Part shown: positions 1 to 12,806 of the stretch, piece by piece
Layout: every line of letters begins with the position of its first letter
How positions within the stretch are numbered: the stretch's first letter is position 1
Source: Spizellomyces punctatus DAOM BR117
Lineage: Eukaryota
Length of the DNA: 52,768 bases
Strand: one strand, 5' to 3'
Assembly (NCBI GenBank): GCA_000182565.2
Contig: KQ257467.1
Made by a program: the position numbers and the translations under genes
The notes under the pieces: model-generated
What the model was told of the DNA's origin: nothing
The model's database searches: none
Seen by the model: only the letters and a program-made list of their open reading frames with translations

Positions 1-150
1 GCAAGGCTAAATGGGGAAGCCATTCCGTTATCATCGTGCTCCTTTGGTAATCCTAGGACAGGCAGAATCAAAGCGCATGGCAGTGGCCAGTCTCCATACT
101 GGATCCTATTGATTTTACATTGCACGATCGACAGGACACGATGTACACAT

Positions 151-2580
151 TTAGCCAGGTGACGATATTTGTAAATTCGCCAGTGCGTCCCTCATCTCAA
201 GGCCAAGTTGTGGATCTACATATTTTCAATTGTTAGTGCATATCTGTGGTATCTACGATTCAAACCAACTCACTTCGCCGCATATCCACCAAACAAGCCA
301 GCTTAGGATTCTGTGATATGGTAGAGGCCGCGGCTGAGATCTTGATCATGCAATCTTTGAAAGCAGCCACCGCTATAAGCCAAAGTTCCTTAACTTCCTC
401 CCATGCTTGCTGGTCCTTGCCAAGCGATGCCTTGCAACCATCGAGTATAAACGAAAGACCTTGTTCAAGCAATCCTTCCACAGTCAGACGATTACTCTCA
501 ACTTGATCAGAATTGAGCTCGCGCAGGATCATCAACGAAAGAGTCGTCATACTAGCCCGCAAAGTGAGCCCATCCTGCTTCGCGCTGTGGTCAAATTCCA
601 CGAGATCCCGCAGAAGTAACCGGGTCGCGTCTATGAACTTCCTGTCTGCCGACACCGCTTTACGATTGGTAGCAACAATGTTGAGAAGGATGCTAACAAG
701 TGTGAGCCTCAAAGGCGACTGCGAGTCGAGAATGGACCAAAAATCGACCACCATGGCACAGCCGCCTTCATCCACAAATATGTTTCCAATCTCTGGGTCC
801 GTGGTTATATTTACAAAAGCAGGACCGAGAAATTCCATAGGATGCACGCCAACAGAGTTCATTCTGCAACGACAGCAATAAGCTACATTATAAATACTTA
901 GTCGTCACAACCTGCTTACCGTCTTCTCCCTGCTAGAACAAGCAATGGAACAATATGCCGGATCTCGTGTGGAGAGAGGGTATCATCTTCAGCCAGCCAT
1001 GATGATAGCGCCCTAAGACACGATGCCGTGACTACATTGTCCAAGACGCCTATATCGTTTTCGGATCGATACTCCGCCTTTCCAATTGCAAAGGTCAACA
1101 GCTGAACAGTGTATGTAGGGACTAAGGTAAATGGCTCACCATTTCTTCAAGCAGATAAGCACTGATAGCGGTAAATGCTTCATGCAAAGCCTCTCTGATT
1201 GAAAGCAAGACGTCGACGGAGATGGATATAGGACCGTTCTCTTCCACAAGCCCGCGCATGGAATAATCGACAATTTCACAACATACTGGCGTTATGGCCA
1301 CAAATTGTGATTCTGGCGTCGTAACGCTGTTGACGGGCAGGTCGTCGAGCAGGACACGGAGCTCCCCGCACGCCACGTGAATCAGCAACGCTACAAATTG
1401 TTCAACCGAAAGCCGAGACGTTCTTGCATTTTGAATCTGCTGATCGGTGAAACCCCATCTTGAACCAAATCGCCGAAACATTGTCGCTGCTAAGATTAAA
1501 GACATATCTCTCTGGCTTGTGCCTGAACGAGAATTAGCGATTCGTGGCACATGAGGTGCAGATAAGAACTACAACATACCAATCTTGCTTCCGTACACAT
1601 CCTTAAGCCCCTCCCGGATTTCTAGCGCCCATAGTGGTATAGCCTTATCCGTTTGCTCTTCGGGTAATGCTGAGCACAGTTCAATCAACAGGCTACCAAC
1701 ATCAAATTTGAGCTGCCCTTGATTATTAGAAAAGACGGCGGCAAGCGTGGGCAATATCCCGAAAAGCGTGCTGTCAATCATTGCAGAACCGGTCGGATCT
1801 TCAGTACCTCGATAGGCATTCGCCTGCCGCACATACGTCTCAACAACCGAAAACGCCAGTTTCGTGATAGATGCTGTTTAATATGAGCTTTAGTCAATAA
1901 AAAAGGTCTCATAAGAGCAAGTGGTTATGCTTACAATTAGCATCACGCGAGTCAAGTGCAGTAGACACTACTGTCTGTAGCACAGGACCGAGATGATCTA
2001 ATCCGCTTCGCGACATAACCATTCTCTGGAAACATTGGAGGATGCTTTCGAGTACTGCTTCGGAAGGTGTTGGAATATTTGCCAGCAAATTCCCCATCAA
2101 TGTGATACGCATAAGAAGCTCTGAATATGATGAACATCTGATAAGTAAAGTGTTATTCACCACAAACCAAGCCAATAAAAGGTAACAATATGACTCACCA
2201 GGACGAGTAGCAAGCGCATCATCGGAGCAAAAGCCCGCTAGAAGGTTCACGGCAATTGTGTGCAGAGCGTCAGCTGGTATATCCGCTGTATCTTCCGCTA
2301 TAGAGTCGTATCGTTCCCCACCTTTTAGCATACTTTTGCAATTATAATCAATGATATTTCGCACTTCTCCCTCACCGGCTTTTAATAATCGATCCACAAA
2401 ACGCCAGTTCATGCGGTCGAATGTGAAGTGTAAGGACTCTTTGTCGGAGACCGGATCGAGTAATCGAGGCAGTATTAACATCGCTACAAAGTTGTCTTCA
2501 TCCCTGGTTTCTGATGATAGTAAAGATAAACATTGCTCTAGTTGTTGACGTTTGGTGCTCGAATGGCTGCTATCCGCCAT
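151..2580 (-). CDS. Neurochondrin-family protein (multi-exon)
   Basis: N-terminus LEQCLSLLSSETRDEDNFVAMLILPRLL...FVDRLL and later LASCLRALSSWLAED-like segment resemble neurochondrin. ORF pieces 1909-2580, 1569-1832, 1122-1550, 916-1098 and 260-862 are separated by GT-AG introns. The last exon reads ..ALANLQISSPG* with the stop at 151-153. Confidence 0.7.
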
Positions 2581-2829
2581 TGCGTTGGAGGAATTTACAG
2601 TTCAAGGTGAGGTAAAGACCAGAATTTGTGATTCCACACGGACGAGTGCCGACCATGGCAACAACGATCATTAACCCAAAAATGGAAAAATGGCATGTGC
2701 GTAAGCAGACCCCGACAGCGATCATGAATGCCAGTCAACACAGTTGGAAAGACTAAGGCTAATCTTTGCCGCTTTGGCAGGTCAAACTTCCAGCTACGCT
2801 AACTACAGTCCATCTTACAAATCCTAGCT

Positions 2830-5157
2830 CTAGAAGTTCTCCTTTCGGAAAATAAATCTACAATTGCTGGTTGCGCTCTTTTTCTTTGATAGATCCCACA
2901 GCTCTTCCGCTAGAATCTCCGGTCCGCAGAAGAAAACACCTACAGTTCCTCCTGGAAAGCTGGCTGCGGTCTGATCAAAGATTACGTTCCAATCAGGACG
3001 GCCCCAATATGCTTCGCGCGTCAAACCAGTCAGAATTGACGCGCTTGATTCATGCCGAACAAGTTGCAATCCTTTCCACAGCAATACCGAACGAATATCT
3101 CGTGACGAGTTTGCAGATGTTATGAACGTGTGAACTCGGAAAAAATTTGCAGCTGTATTTTGCTCAAGCTCCTTCAAGAGATGGGTGAACCAACTAGATA
3201 TGGGTTAACAAAATCAATACTCGGTGCCGGCGTGAGGATCAACTTTTGTTTCAAGAACAAACCTAAAAGCTCCACGAGATCGATTAATCCAGAAGAGATC
3301 AATCCGTCTTAGCCTTGATGATTGCTGGTTCCCTGTTTGTATCCGAATCTGGAGGTCTCGGAGAATCGACGCAAACGGTGTTACCCCAATACCAGTACCA
3401 ATTAACATGATGTTCTCAAAGTCTTCAAAGTGTTGGGCAGGAGCTCCGAAAGGACCATCCACGTTTATTTTTCTGAGAGCATCGGGATTCGTTTTTGCCA
3501 ATTTCGCAACAGCCCCGCTCCAGTCGCCATTATCTCGGATGTGAACCACGAGACTGTCCTCTAGTGGGCTGCTCGTTAACGTGTATGGATGCCATTGGAT
3601 GCTTGAAATGCTCGGGATGTTGATAAATACGTACTGTCCTGGGCGATACCTTCGGTGCGACTTCCGTGGAGTCAGCTTCAACTTGACTGTTTTCTCGGCT
3701 TGGGCTTTAATTTCAGTCGCATCATATTTGAGGTACGCGGCTCGGTATATTCGGAGAAGTCGTTCAATAAAGTACCACAATAGAGGAATGCTGAGGTACA
3801 TAAACATATGGGGAAACTGAATCCATTTCCAAATCCCGTGAATGAGCAAGGCCACAGAGAAGACGAGGAACGCATGGTGAGAATACCAGAATGTATTGAA
3901 ATGCTGGCGCCGAAATTGTGGGATCGAAAAGATCACCAAGATTAGGAGCGCAAGAGTCGCAATGAGCCCGGAGATTCCAGGCAGTGTTTCAATAATGAGC
4001 TCCGAATATGTCGGCAGAGTCGGAAACTGCTTTCCACTGACTACTGAATTCAATCCATTCAGATCATCCAAATTAGCAACTTTCACGTACGTGCTGCCCA
4101 AATGACACCCTATGTGACCAATGGCAGCCATGACGATAACATAGCCTACTATCTGATGGAACAAAATGGCATGATCGAAGGGAATGAGGCTTTCCAGCCA
4201 GGTACCGCGCGCGTACGTGAGCAGCGTCCGTGACATAGATAGGAAACAAAGTGGAACATTGAAATACAATATTCCCGCAAAGCCCTTAGCTGCCGCTGCA
4301 CCAATACCGAGTGCTTCTCTTTTCGCCGGCTTTTGGTATACGCTCATGAAATAGGCTATAAACATTGCGGCGTCCACGGCAGCGTACAAAACAAGGCATG
4401 ATATTTCCCGAGCATGTAACGACATGTAGATGCGTATTCTTCGCCACACTGTCCATCTGTCATCCTCTTCATCGTCTTCGTCCAAAAGAATTGATTTACT
4501 TCGTAGCAAGAAGTCAGCGGCCTTCTTATCTGCTTGGAGTGGATTCAGTGTGGCATCGCGGGTGTTTATCGAGTGCTTGAACTCATCGAAAGTAACACGA
4601 CCATTGCCCTTGATGTCCATGTGCTGCATAAGAGCGTCAGCAACAGCGTCCAGCTCTGTATCAGATAACTGCAGTGCATTGTCCAAGGCCGAGTGATGAA
4701 TTGTGGCTCGAAGCTCGTCACGTACAACGTACCCCGTTCCATCCAAGTCGATCATGTCAAAAGCAAGCTTTGCTTTCTCCTCCTCGTTTACATTCTCCGC
4801 ATTTGGGCTCAGAAGAGCAATACTAGTCAAAAGTCGCGCTACGTGAACCTCGTACCGTGGTTCCTTTGTCTTCTGAGTGTCAACGGCGTCCGATACCTCG
4901 GTGATGCTAAACAGCGCTTTTAAGGTATCCTTCACCTTTCCTGATTCTCGCTGAGTCAATTCAATCCCTGGCAGAACATCTGCCAGCTCTGACTGGGTCA
5001 AAATGATCACTTTCTCAACTGCTCTCTGGCTTTGCTCATCATTTGCATAGAAAATGTCTTTATACTCCTGAAAAAGCTCGTCGGTTTTGTCCCAGTCCAT
5101 GTACGAAAAGGCCTCAATAGCCCTCTTTAATCGCAAAGCATCCTGATTTTTCTTCAT
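2830..5157 (-). CDS. EF-hand-containing NADPH oxidase (NOX5/NoxC/RBOH-like)
   Basis: Two EF-hands (DLDGTGYVVRDE, DIKGNGRVTFDE). Ferric-reductase transmembrane domain with heme histidines (FHQIVG..IGH, YSHH..LIHG). FAD motif WHPYTLTS, NADPH motif GIGVTPFAS, C-terminal GVFFCGP..FRKENF. One intron at about 3180-3260. Confidence 0.92.
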
Positions 5158-5618
5158 GTCTCTTTAAGCGAAAATTTAGGGAGGTCAATGCACTTCCGCG
5201 TGCCGATCCGTTCGATCTACCGACTTTGCTAAGACGCTGCTACGCAAGATCACAAGCGATTTTCATTAGAAACGGACAATCTCACTGGAGATCAATAGTC
5301 GCAATTTCACTTGCAGGAATTCAGCTGAGCAGACAGCGATAGCAGGAAGATCGAAGATGGATAAATGCTTCATAATCACCCGGGAAATCCTGGCGCTGGA
5401 AGGATAGGGAGGTCACTTTTTATAGAGACAATCCCAGAAGACTAGGCAATGACACCCTTGATACCCGTGGTACAGCCATTCACCCTGCATTTAACCCTAA
5501 CACTGTTCTTATCCAGCAATCCTCCGTTCGTATCCTTCTTTTGATTACGTGATAGATTAGCCAAGCGTCGGATCATTTCAGAACTCATACTGGTTCCCAT
5601 CTCGTCAGTTACCGTAAG

Positions 5619-8600
5619 ATGTCTGGTCGGCGCGAGACATCATCAGGCATAAAAAAGTCAAGACGAGCATCAGTTGCCGCAAATGCAGGCTCTATGCGAA
5701 GAGATGCATCGTCCGCAAGCGATACGGCTACACAACAAGCGGAGGAGACGGAGAGAGAACAAGTATTGGCGCCTGTCGAGACATCCACCGAAAAGATAGT
5801 TCCTGCAGAAAACAAAGAGTTCACAGAAAATGTTGAGGAAACACCCCTTGCCAGCTCGTCCGAAACCCCAGTTGCAGACCCCCTGGAGCTTGGAACTCCT
5901 CCGCCTTCTGGCGAGACTCTGCGACCGGAAGATGCGTCGGGGTCACACTTGGAGTCGGACGCAAGTATCCCAGCCCCACCCATTGCAAATGTGTCCGATC
6001 CTGTTTCCAATGTTAGAGAAAGATTACCTGCAGTAAAGGATCTGCCAGGAGCCGATGACAAAGCCCAGCACGATACTATGTACACAACAATGGAAATAGA
6101 GTACGACAATGCATGGAAAGAGGTAGCCGAGAACGATGAATTAAATCCATTCCGCATCGAGTACGAGAAAATGCACCGTGCAGTAATCCGCTCAAGGGAG
6201 CACATTGAAAAGCTTTTCGCCCAATATGAAACTTCTTATGATGAGTATCGGGTGAATCTGGCACAAGCCCAGGAGGCAAAGGAAGCTTCGGTTCAAGATC
6301 AGCAAACTATCAAAGTTTTACGGGCGCAGATTAAGCGGGCGGAGGAGATAGTGGAGTCCAGCAATAAAAGAGAGGAAGCGGCAAAGGAAGAGCTACGCCA
6401 GTTGAAGATGGACATATCCAATCTAAATGCCACTCTGAAACAAGGTGTAGGACTTAGCACGAGTCAGGAAAAGGCACTCCAAGAGCTTCTCCAGACCAAG
6501 GAGCAATCTACAAAAGAGCTTGATGAAGAGCTTGAAAAGATTGTACATCTGCGAAACATTATTGCGGATGTGTCCGAGAAGATTAAAACTGCTGACCAGC
6601 AAAAGCGCGACCTAGAGCGAGAGATATACGAATTGAGAGACAAAAGCGCCACAAAGAAAGCAGACATTGATGCAGAGCTCAGGAATAAGGAGCGTCTTGA
6701 ACGAGATTTGCGAGAACTGCGGGTGGTGGTAGCAGTCAAATCACAAGAAGTTCGCGGGAAGCAAGATTCCGTCAACAGAGCCACAGATGATATTTCCATT
6801 CTTGAATCCCAGATCAAGTCGCAAAAGAACTTGATGGAAAAGCTGTTAAAGGACCAAGAGAGTCTAACAATCCGGACTATAAAACTACAACAAGATGCCG
6901 ACTCACAAATGACGACCACTTCTCACCTGATTGAGGAAAACGAAGCATTAGCCAACGAACTCAAGACACGCGAGGCCGAGCTTCAAAAAAACACTTTTGA
7001 GGTGAAGAAAGTTGCTAGAATAAAGGACGCATTGAATAAGAAGATACAGGAGGTGGAGGAGCAGAAATTGGAAGCGGAACTGGAGCGTAAGGATATTCGC
7101 GGCGAGTGTGAGGACGCTCTTGCTCAAATCGAGCGCGCCAAAAAGAATATCGACCAACACAAAAAGGCCATTGACGATCTGACACGCGAACGGGATATCT
7201 TACAAGCCAACTTTCACAAGACGCAGACGGAACTACACAAGCATGGACAGATGTTGGTTCTCTGCAAACAAGCCCGCCACAACATTGAACTCGAACTGGC
7301 CAGATATGAGAGGGAAATCATTGATCTGCAAAAATCTGTGCAGCGGTTGGAAGCAGAGCGTGATGCTTATATTACAGAGTCTGTAGCCCTACAGGGTTCC
7401 TGCGTTGCGGGCATTCAACAGATCAAAGCTAAAGAAATCGAACTTTTTGACTACAAGAAGCGGACAGTACAAGCGGACACAAAACTAAAACATCAGCAAA
7501 ATTTGTACGAAGCGGTTCAGAGTGATCGCAACCTGCATAGCAAACATTTGATAGAAGCACAGAGCGAAATAACCGAAATGAAGCGCAAGTTGAAAATTAT
7601 GAACTTTCAGATCAACGGATTCAAGGAAGACATAAATGCTAAGAACCAAGCCTTGGCGGCAGAGGCGGCAGAACATGCAAAGTTGGAGAAGGATATTGAG
7701 ATTATCACAGAGGAAATCAATACGTTACAGCATCAGAATGAACTTGGCCAGGCTTATATTCGAATTCAGCAAGCCGAGTCCAGTCGCCTAAATCAATTCG
7801 TCAAAGATGCGGAAATGGAAAGATCGAGACAAGAGAACGCTCTAAAAATTCTCATAACTGAACGAGACAACCTCAGCAACCAGCTTATCCGGCAAAACGA
7901 GGAACTTGCAAAGGTGTACGATTCCATCAAGCTGCAGCAGTCGTCCTTGCTTCGAAGCGAGCTCCATTACCGCGACCGACTAAAATCTCTCAATCATCTG
8001 CGGAAAGAGATTCTCGAGCTTCGTCGTCAGAACGCTACTCTAAAATCAGAGTCGGCTAGCTTTAATGACATGAAGGACACTATTCACCGGTTGGACAACG
8101 ATCTGCTGCACGAGCAGACAAAGATAAAGGCATTGGAAGAACAGCTGAAGCACCCCATCAATGTCCATCGATGGCGAAAACTAGAAGGGCGAAATCCAAA
8201 AGCTTTTGACATGATTCAGCTCCTTCATACATTGCAGCGGAAACTGATTGCCAAGAGTAAAGAGGAGGCTGAGAAGGAGCAACTTATTCACAGCAAGGAA
8301 ACACTGTATTTGCACCTCAAATCACTTTTTGCTAAGCAAGTTGGACCTGAAGCACTGGAGCAAATTGCTGAGTATCGGCACATCCTCAAAGACAAAACAA
8401 TGCAGTACAAACATATGGGAACGGAGCTGAATATGTACCAAGCTCAATTGAGAGAGTACAAGTATTCGATTGCTCAGCTCAACAACGGAGTCAAGGCAAT
8501 CAGAGACCAGTTTATGCATACAAATCGGGGAGCTTTGTCGAGTCCAGCAGTCCGACTACGTTCAAAAGCGCGCTCCAAGCAACCAACACCGCCAATACCT

Positions 8601-8651
8601 CATGAACAAGCACCAATAGCTTCAGAACAGGAGGAAATGCAACCTACATAG
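5619..8651 (+). CDS. CFAP58: Cilia- and flagella-associated protein 58-like coiled-coil protein
   Basis: 1010-aa intronless coiled-coil ORF with CFAP58-type motifs QQNLYEAVQSDRNLHSKHLIEAQSEITEMKRKLKIM and NVHRWRKLEGRNPKAFDMIQLLHTLQRKLI. Confidence 0.85.
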   Translation: MSGRRETSSGIKKSRRASVAANAGSMRRDASSASDTATQQAEETEREQVLAPVETSTEKIVPAENKEFTENVEETPLASSSETPVADPLELGTPPPSGETLRPEDASGSHLESDASIPAPPIANVSDPVSNVRERLPAVKDLPGADDKAQHDTMYTTMEIEYDNAWKEVAENDELNPFRIEYEKMHRAVIRSREHIEKLFAQYETSYDEYRVNLAQAQEAKEASVQDQQTIKVLRAQIKRAEEIVESSNKREEAAKEELRQLKMDISNLNATLKQGVGLSTSQEKALQELLQTKEQSTKELDEELEKIVHLRNIIADVSEKIKTADQQKRDLEREIYELRDKSATKKADIDAELRNKERLERDLRELRVVVAVKSQEVRGKQDSVNRATDDISILESQIKSQKNLMEKLLKDQESLTIRTIKLQQDADSQMTTTSHLIEENEALANELKTREAELQKNTFEVKKVARIKDALNKKIQEVEEQKLEAELERKDIRGECEDALAQIERAKKNIDQHKKAIDDLTRERDILQANFHKTQTELHKHGQMLVLCKQARHNIELELARYEREIIDLQKSVQRLEAERDAYITESVALQGSCVAGIQQIKAKEIELFDYKKRTVQADTKLKHQQNLYEAVQSDRNLHSKHLIEAQSEITEMKRKLKIMNFQINGFKEDINAKNQALAAEAAEHAKLEKDIEIITEEINTLQHQNELGQAYIRIQQAESSRLNQFVKDAEMERSRQENALKILITERDNLSNQLIRQNEELAKVYDSIKLQQSSLLRSELHYRDRLKSLNHLRKEILELRRQNATLKSESASFNDMKDTIHRLDNDLLHEQTKIKALEEQLKHPINVHRWRKLEGRNPKAFDMIQLLHTLQRKLIAKSKEEAEKEQLIHSKETLYLHLKSLFAKQVGPEALEQIAEYRHILKDKTMQYKHMGTELNMYQAQLREYKYSIAQLNNGVKAIRDQFMHTNRGALSSPAVRLRSKARSKQPTPPIPHEQAPIASEQEEMQPT

Positions 8652-8936
8652 CTCCGATTCCCCACGCTGCAAGCGCATGTCTAGAGACTTGAGATACTTA
8701 AAAGTAATATTTAAGTGGACGTTCCTGTACTATATATTATTTAGCGTAGATTTCGGCCTGCGTCGTTTGTTTATATAAAGTGCGAGGTGCAATTGAAATA
8801 ATTCCGAGTGCAACCGATTCCAGCCAAATGATTACGGAACGCGCACCAGACCGCGTTGAAAGTTCCAACCTCGCCTACATTCTAGTACGAATCACCTGCC
8901 ACAATTGCCGACCCACGTCAACCCCCCAATGCGCCA

Positions 8937-11900
8937 ATGAAGAACCAAACTATCCTAGAGGAGGAGTACGTTCACATCTTGATTTCCGATCTCCAAGAGC
9001 GCTGCTGAAATATTCTGCTGATAGGTTTGACGAAAACTATGAGCCCACACAAGAAGGTATGAGAATACTTTTCATTATCCATATTTCTGACACCCGTGCG
9101 GTAGAATGTAAATAACACGCCCATGAGCAGAGATTCTCGATTATGCCAAGTTTCTCGGTATAGATCCCGAAAAGGAAAAGCATCTACTCTGGATCGCCCG
9201 CGAATCATTGAAGGCCCCGCTGCCACCGAACTGGAAGCCATGGTATTAGAATATCAATGACGATGGATATAAATCTTCCATTATTCACACAATTTAATTT
9301 ACAGCCAAACGGATGACGGAAACATCTATTATTTCAACTTTACCACGGGAGAAAGTATCTGGGATCACCCATGCGACGAGCACTATAGGAATTTGTATGA
9401 GCGCGAGAAAGCGAAAGGGCCACCAAATGAGGTATATTGGTGCGTTGTTCATTCCGCAACAATGCTACAATCGAATGGTGGCTCATGAAATCTGTCTAAT
9501 GGCAGCGTGGAGCGCCTGGTAAAACTGATAAGGTACAGAATACCGTTCTGCACAATCATAAGTCATTCAATGCTCAAATGGAGTCAATATAGCCGACGGA
9601 ACTTGGGAATGCCACAAAGCTTGGTACCGCCGGTCTGAAGCCTGCACTTGAATCAGACGAAGAATCCTCTGCCAATAAAGATGTGGACTGGGATGACATC
9701 GACGAGGAGGATGATGACATATTGGATAATCTTGTTCGCCAACAAGATATTAGTAAAGGTCAAAAGTCACAAAGCCGGGTGAACGAAGACGACGATTTCA
9801 ATTTCGATATCAGCAGCGACAAAGATGACCTGATAATGCACGCTAGACCCAAGGATCCCAAGAATATGGTTGGCGTCATGGCAGGGCAGGAACCCGAGGG
9901 AAAACCAAAAAAGACCATTGATGAGATGGAGGAGCAGGAGCAAGAAAGGCATAAGACTGCCGTGGAAGCAATCAAAAGGAAGTGGAAGGCAGAGCTAGAG
10001 AGGATTGAGAATGAAGAAAAGACGAAAGCATCCTCTGCGTCGGATCAAATTCGACGCAAATATCGTGAAGAGATTGAGAAGACCGAAAAGACCGAAAGGG
10101 AGGCGGCAGAACGCAATATCTCTGATTTGCGGACGAAGTATGCAGCTGAAAGACGATCCGTTGAGCAGGAGGAACAACGCAGATACGACCAGGAAACGGC
10201 AGAAATCAAAAGACGATATGAGCAGCAGCTGCGAGACTTTGAAGCCACGCAGAAATCCCAATTTGACGAACAGCAGTCGTCCCTGTCCCGGAGACAACAA
10301 ACAATGAGTGAAGCGCAGCTCAAGTTTGAGAATGACGTTTCTGATATAAAACAGCGAAATGCCGAGGCTCTAGAAGAGGTCCGAAAAAATGAGCTCGCAA
10401 AATATAACCAGGAATTGACAAAGTTGAAGGAAGAATTTGCAGAGAAGCGGGCAGCAATGGAGAGGGATGAGCGAACCAAACTTGACAAACAGATGGCGGA
10501 CCTCAAAGAGCAGTTGCAAGATGAACTTGAGCGAAAACTTTCGAAAGAACGAAGTGCGGCGGAAAAGAAGGTCAAGGAAGAGCATCAGGAGAACCTTGAT
10601 GCGCTGATTCGACGGCTCTCTCAAGAAAGGGAGGTGAAAGAAAAAGACATGAGCGAGTCTTATGAGAGGGAAACTGCACTACGAACAAGTAGGCTACGCC
10701 AGGATCTCGTCGAGCAAAATGACGCTGCACTAGAGGAGGAACGTGTGCGACAGCGGGAAAAATTGGAGCGCCTTAAGGGAGAATGGGAAGCGAAGATCCG
10801 GACCCTAGAAGCTGAGGTGAATCGCAAAGAAAAGGGCCTCAAAGCTCGTAGTAGCGCTCTAGATGCCGGCAGCAGGCAAGAGGCTGAACTAGCAGCTCTA
10901 CAGTCCGAGAGCGAACTGCAACTAGAGCAGCAGCGAAATCAGAAGGAGCAGTTGGACAGAGAGAAGCTAAAGTTGGATTTGTTGGAGAAAGAACTCAAGG
11001 CGAAGCGCGATCAGCTGCAAGAGGAAGCCCGAAATCTGACATCTGCACAGCGGCCATCACATATCGTTAGTGAGCAATCCGCGATAGCGTCTCTCGAGGC
11101 AGATCTAATTGCTCAACGCCAGAAATTGGAATCCGATCGTGCAGCGGTTCGCATTGCTCAAGCCGAAGTGGACCGTTTGCGCGCACGTGTCGAAGCAGAG
11201 AAAGCAGCGTTGCTTGAAATTGATAAACAGCAGGTTCTTGCCCGGGGTCGAGGTGGGCATAAGCAGAAGAGAGACGGACTTGACGGTACGAGGCCAAAGG
11301 ATTTGGACGTCCGGGGTACCGGAGACGCCGCGCAGGAGGTCGAAGGGAAGTCGAAACCTGCAGAGGATATTTCCATAATTCAAGAAGACTATCAACGAAG
11401 ACTTCGAGATTTGGCAGAATCCCTAAATTCAGAAACTCCCCTTGATGCTGGGCACGAAAACAACTGGGACCTTTCCCCTGGTATTTGTCGTCTCACAGGC
11501 GTCAGTGTGGCATAGGTGCTAATTTTGGGTTTTCACTGGTTAGAATCTGAAATCTCTGAAGGTGTCACCACACCAGTCATTGTGGATGAACCTGATGAAA
11601 GCGAACTTGGCCTATCTTTGGATGCTTTGCAAGCTGATGATCTGTTCGGTGTTAGGTACATGTGTGTCTACATCATCTCTAAGATTGTGTTAGCTCATTG
11701 TTGTATCGAGTAGATCACAGAGTCCAAGCACACAGCTCCGATATCGTCTCGCTCAAGAAGAACAACAGATCAAAAAGACAAAGAAATTCCTGCAGCGTCA
11801 GCGTAAAAGCATCAGCGCACGACAGCAAGAGCTGGAAGCAGCGCGATCCAAATGGAAGCATGATATTGAGGAAATATCTCTGGTGCGTGCTCATGCAATG

Positions 11901-12551
11901 TGATTTGATTCCGGGCTTCGTACCTATATTTCATGGTTAGAAGCTAGCGCAAAAGCATGACGATTTTAGCGCTCCTGTTGCAAAAGAAACGAAACGTGAT
12001 TTAGTGTCTTATGAAATCAAGGAGGGCAAACAGGTTAGCACAAACACTGTCATTCATCAGACAAGTCATTGACACTTCTACCACAGCAGCAACGCAGCGG
12101 AACTTTGGACGAAATTGAAGGGGAGCTTGGAAAGTTACTGGGGCTACTCCGCTCGACGTCCAGCGCGAGGCGCACAATACCAAGGTATTCATCAATAGAT
12201 TACATGAGGAAGACTCAGCTCAAGCACGCTACAGCATCCTGTTTATTACATTTCCAGCACACCGTCCTACAGACATCCACAATCACCGGAACGTTCGAAT
12301 GCCACACTGACAACACCTCTCCACAACTCATCTGATGAGATACGCAGCAGAACAAGTCCTTCCAACCCGGCCATCAGCCAGCATCGCAAGAGAGCATGGG
12401 AGGTAGGGCATACCAGAACTGAAGCTCTACTGGCCGAGCACAACGCCTGGCTCAAAGGTGAGTTGGCTGGGGATCTGAGAACGTCTACAGTTGCTCATTT
12501 TTATATGGTTCAGGATTCATGGCCCGTCATTCAGGCGTTCTAAGTCGGTAA
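8937..12551 (+). CDS. CEP164: CEP164-like centriolar distal-appendage protein (WW domain + coiled coil), multi-exon
   Basis: Spliced N-terminus [86 protein letters not shown] matches the CEP164 N-terminal/WW signature. A long coiled-coil exon follows (about 9590-11480). C-terminal exon boundaries are inferred. Confidence 0.82.
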
Positions 12552-12806
12552 CCCCGTCCATCATGCCACTTTATCACCTCTTGCTTGACATGTGAGACTC
12601 CGTGTAAATGTATTTAAACTTGTATACTTGAATCGACGTGAATTCATAGCATCTGGTCAAAGTTGTCTTGTCCCTTGCAGCTGTAGTATTCCCAAAATGT
12701 CTTGCTAGCACCAGACGAATGTCGACTGCTACTCTATGAGCTCTATAAGTATGATCTATGGATGCTATGTCTCCGCTTGCAATCTACAAGCTACATGCTC
12801 TCCTAT

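Noticed and set aside
5608-5621. GTTACCGTAAGATG as an X-box for CFAP58
   Set aside because: Only the left half matches, and it overlaps the start codon.
5609-11395. Many antisense ORFs over CFAP58 and CEP164 (and similar ones elsewhere)
   Set aside because: Shadow ORFs of coiled-coil coding sequence with no recognisable domains.
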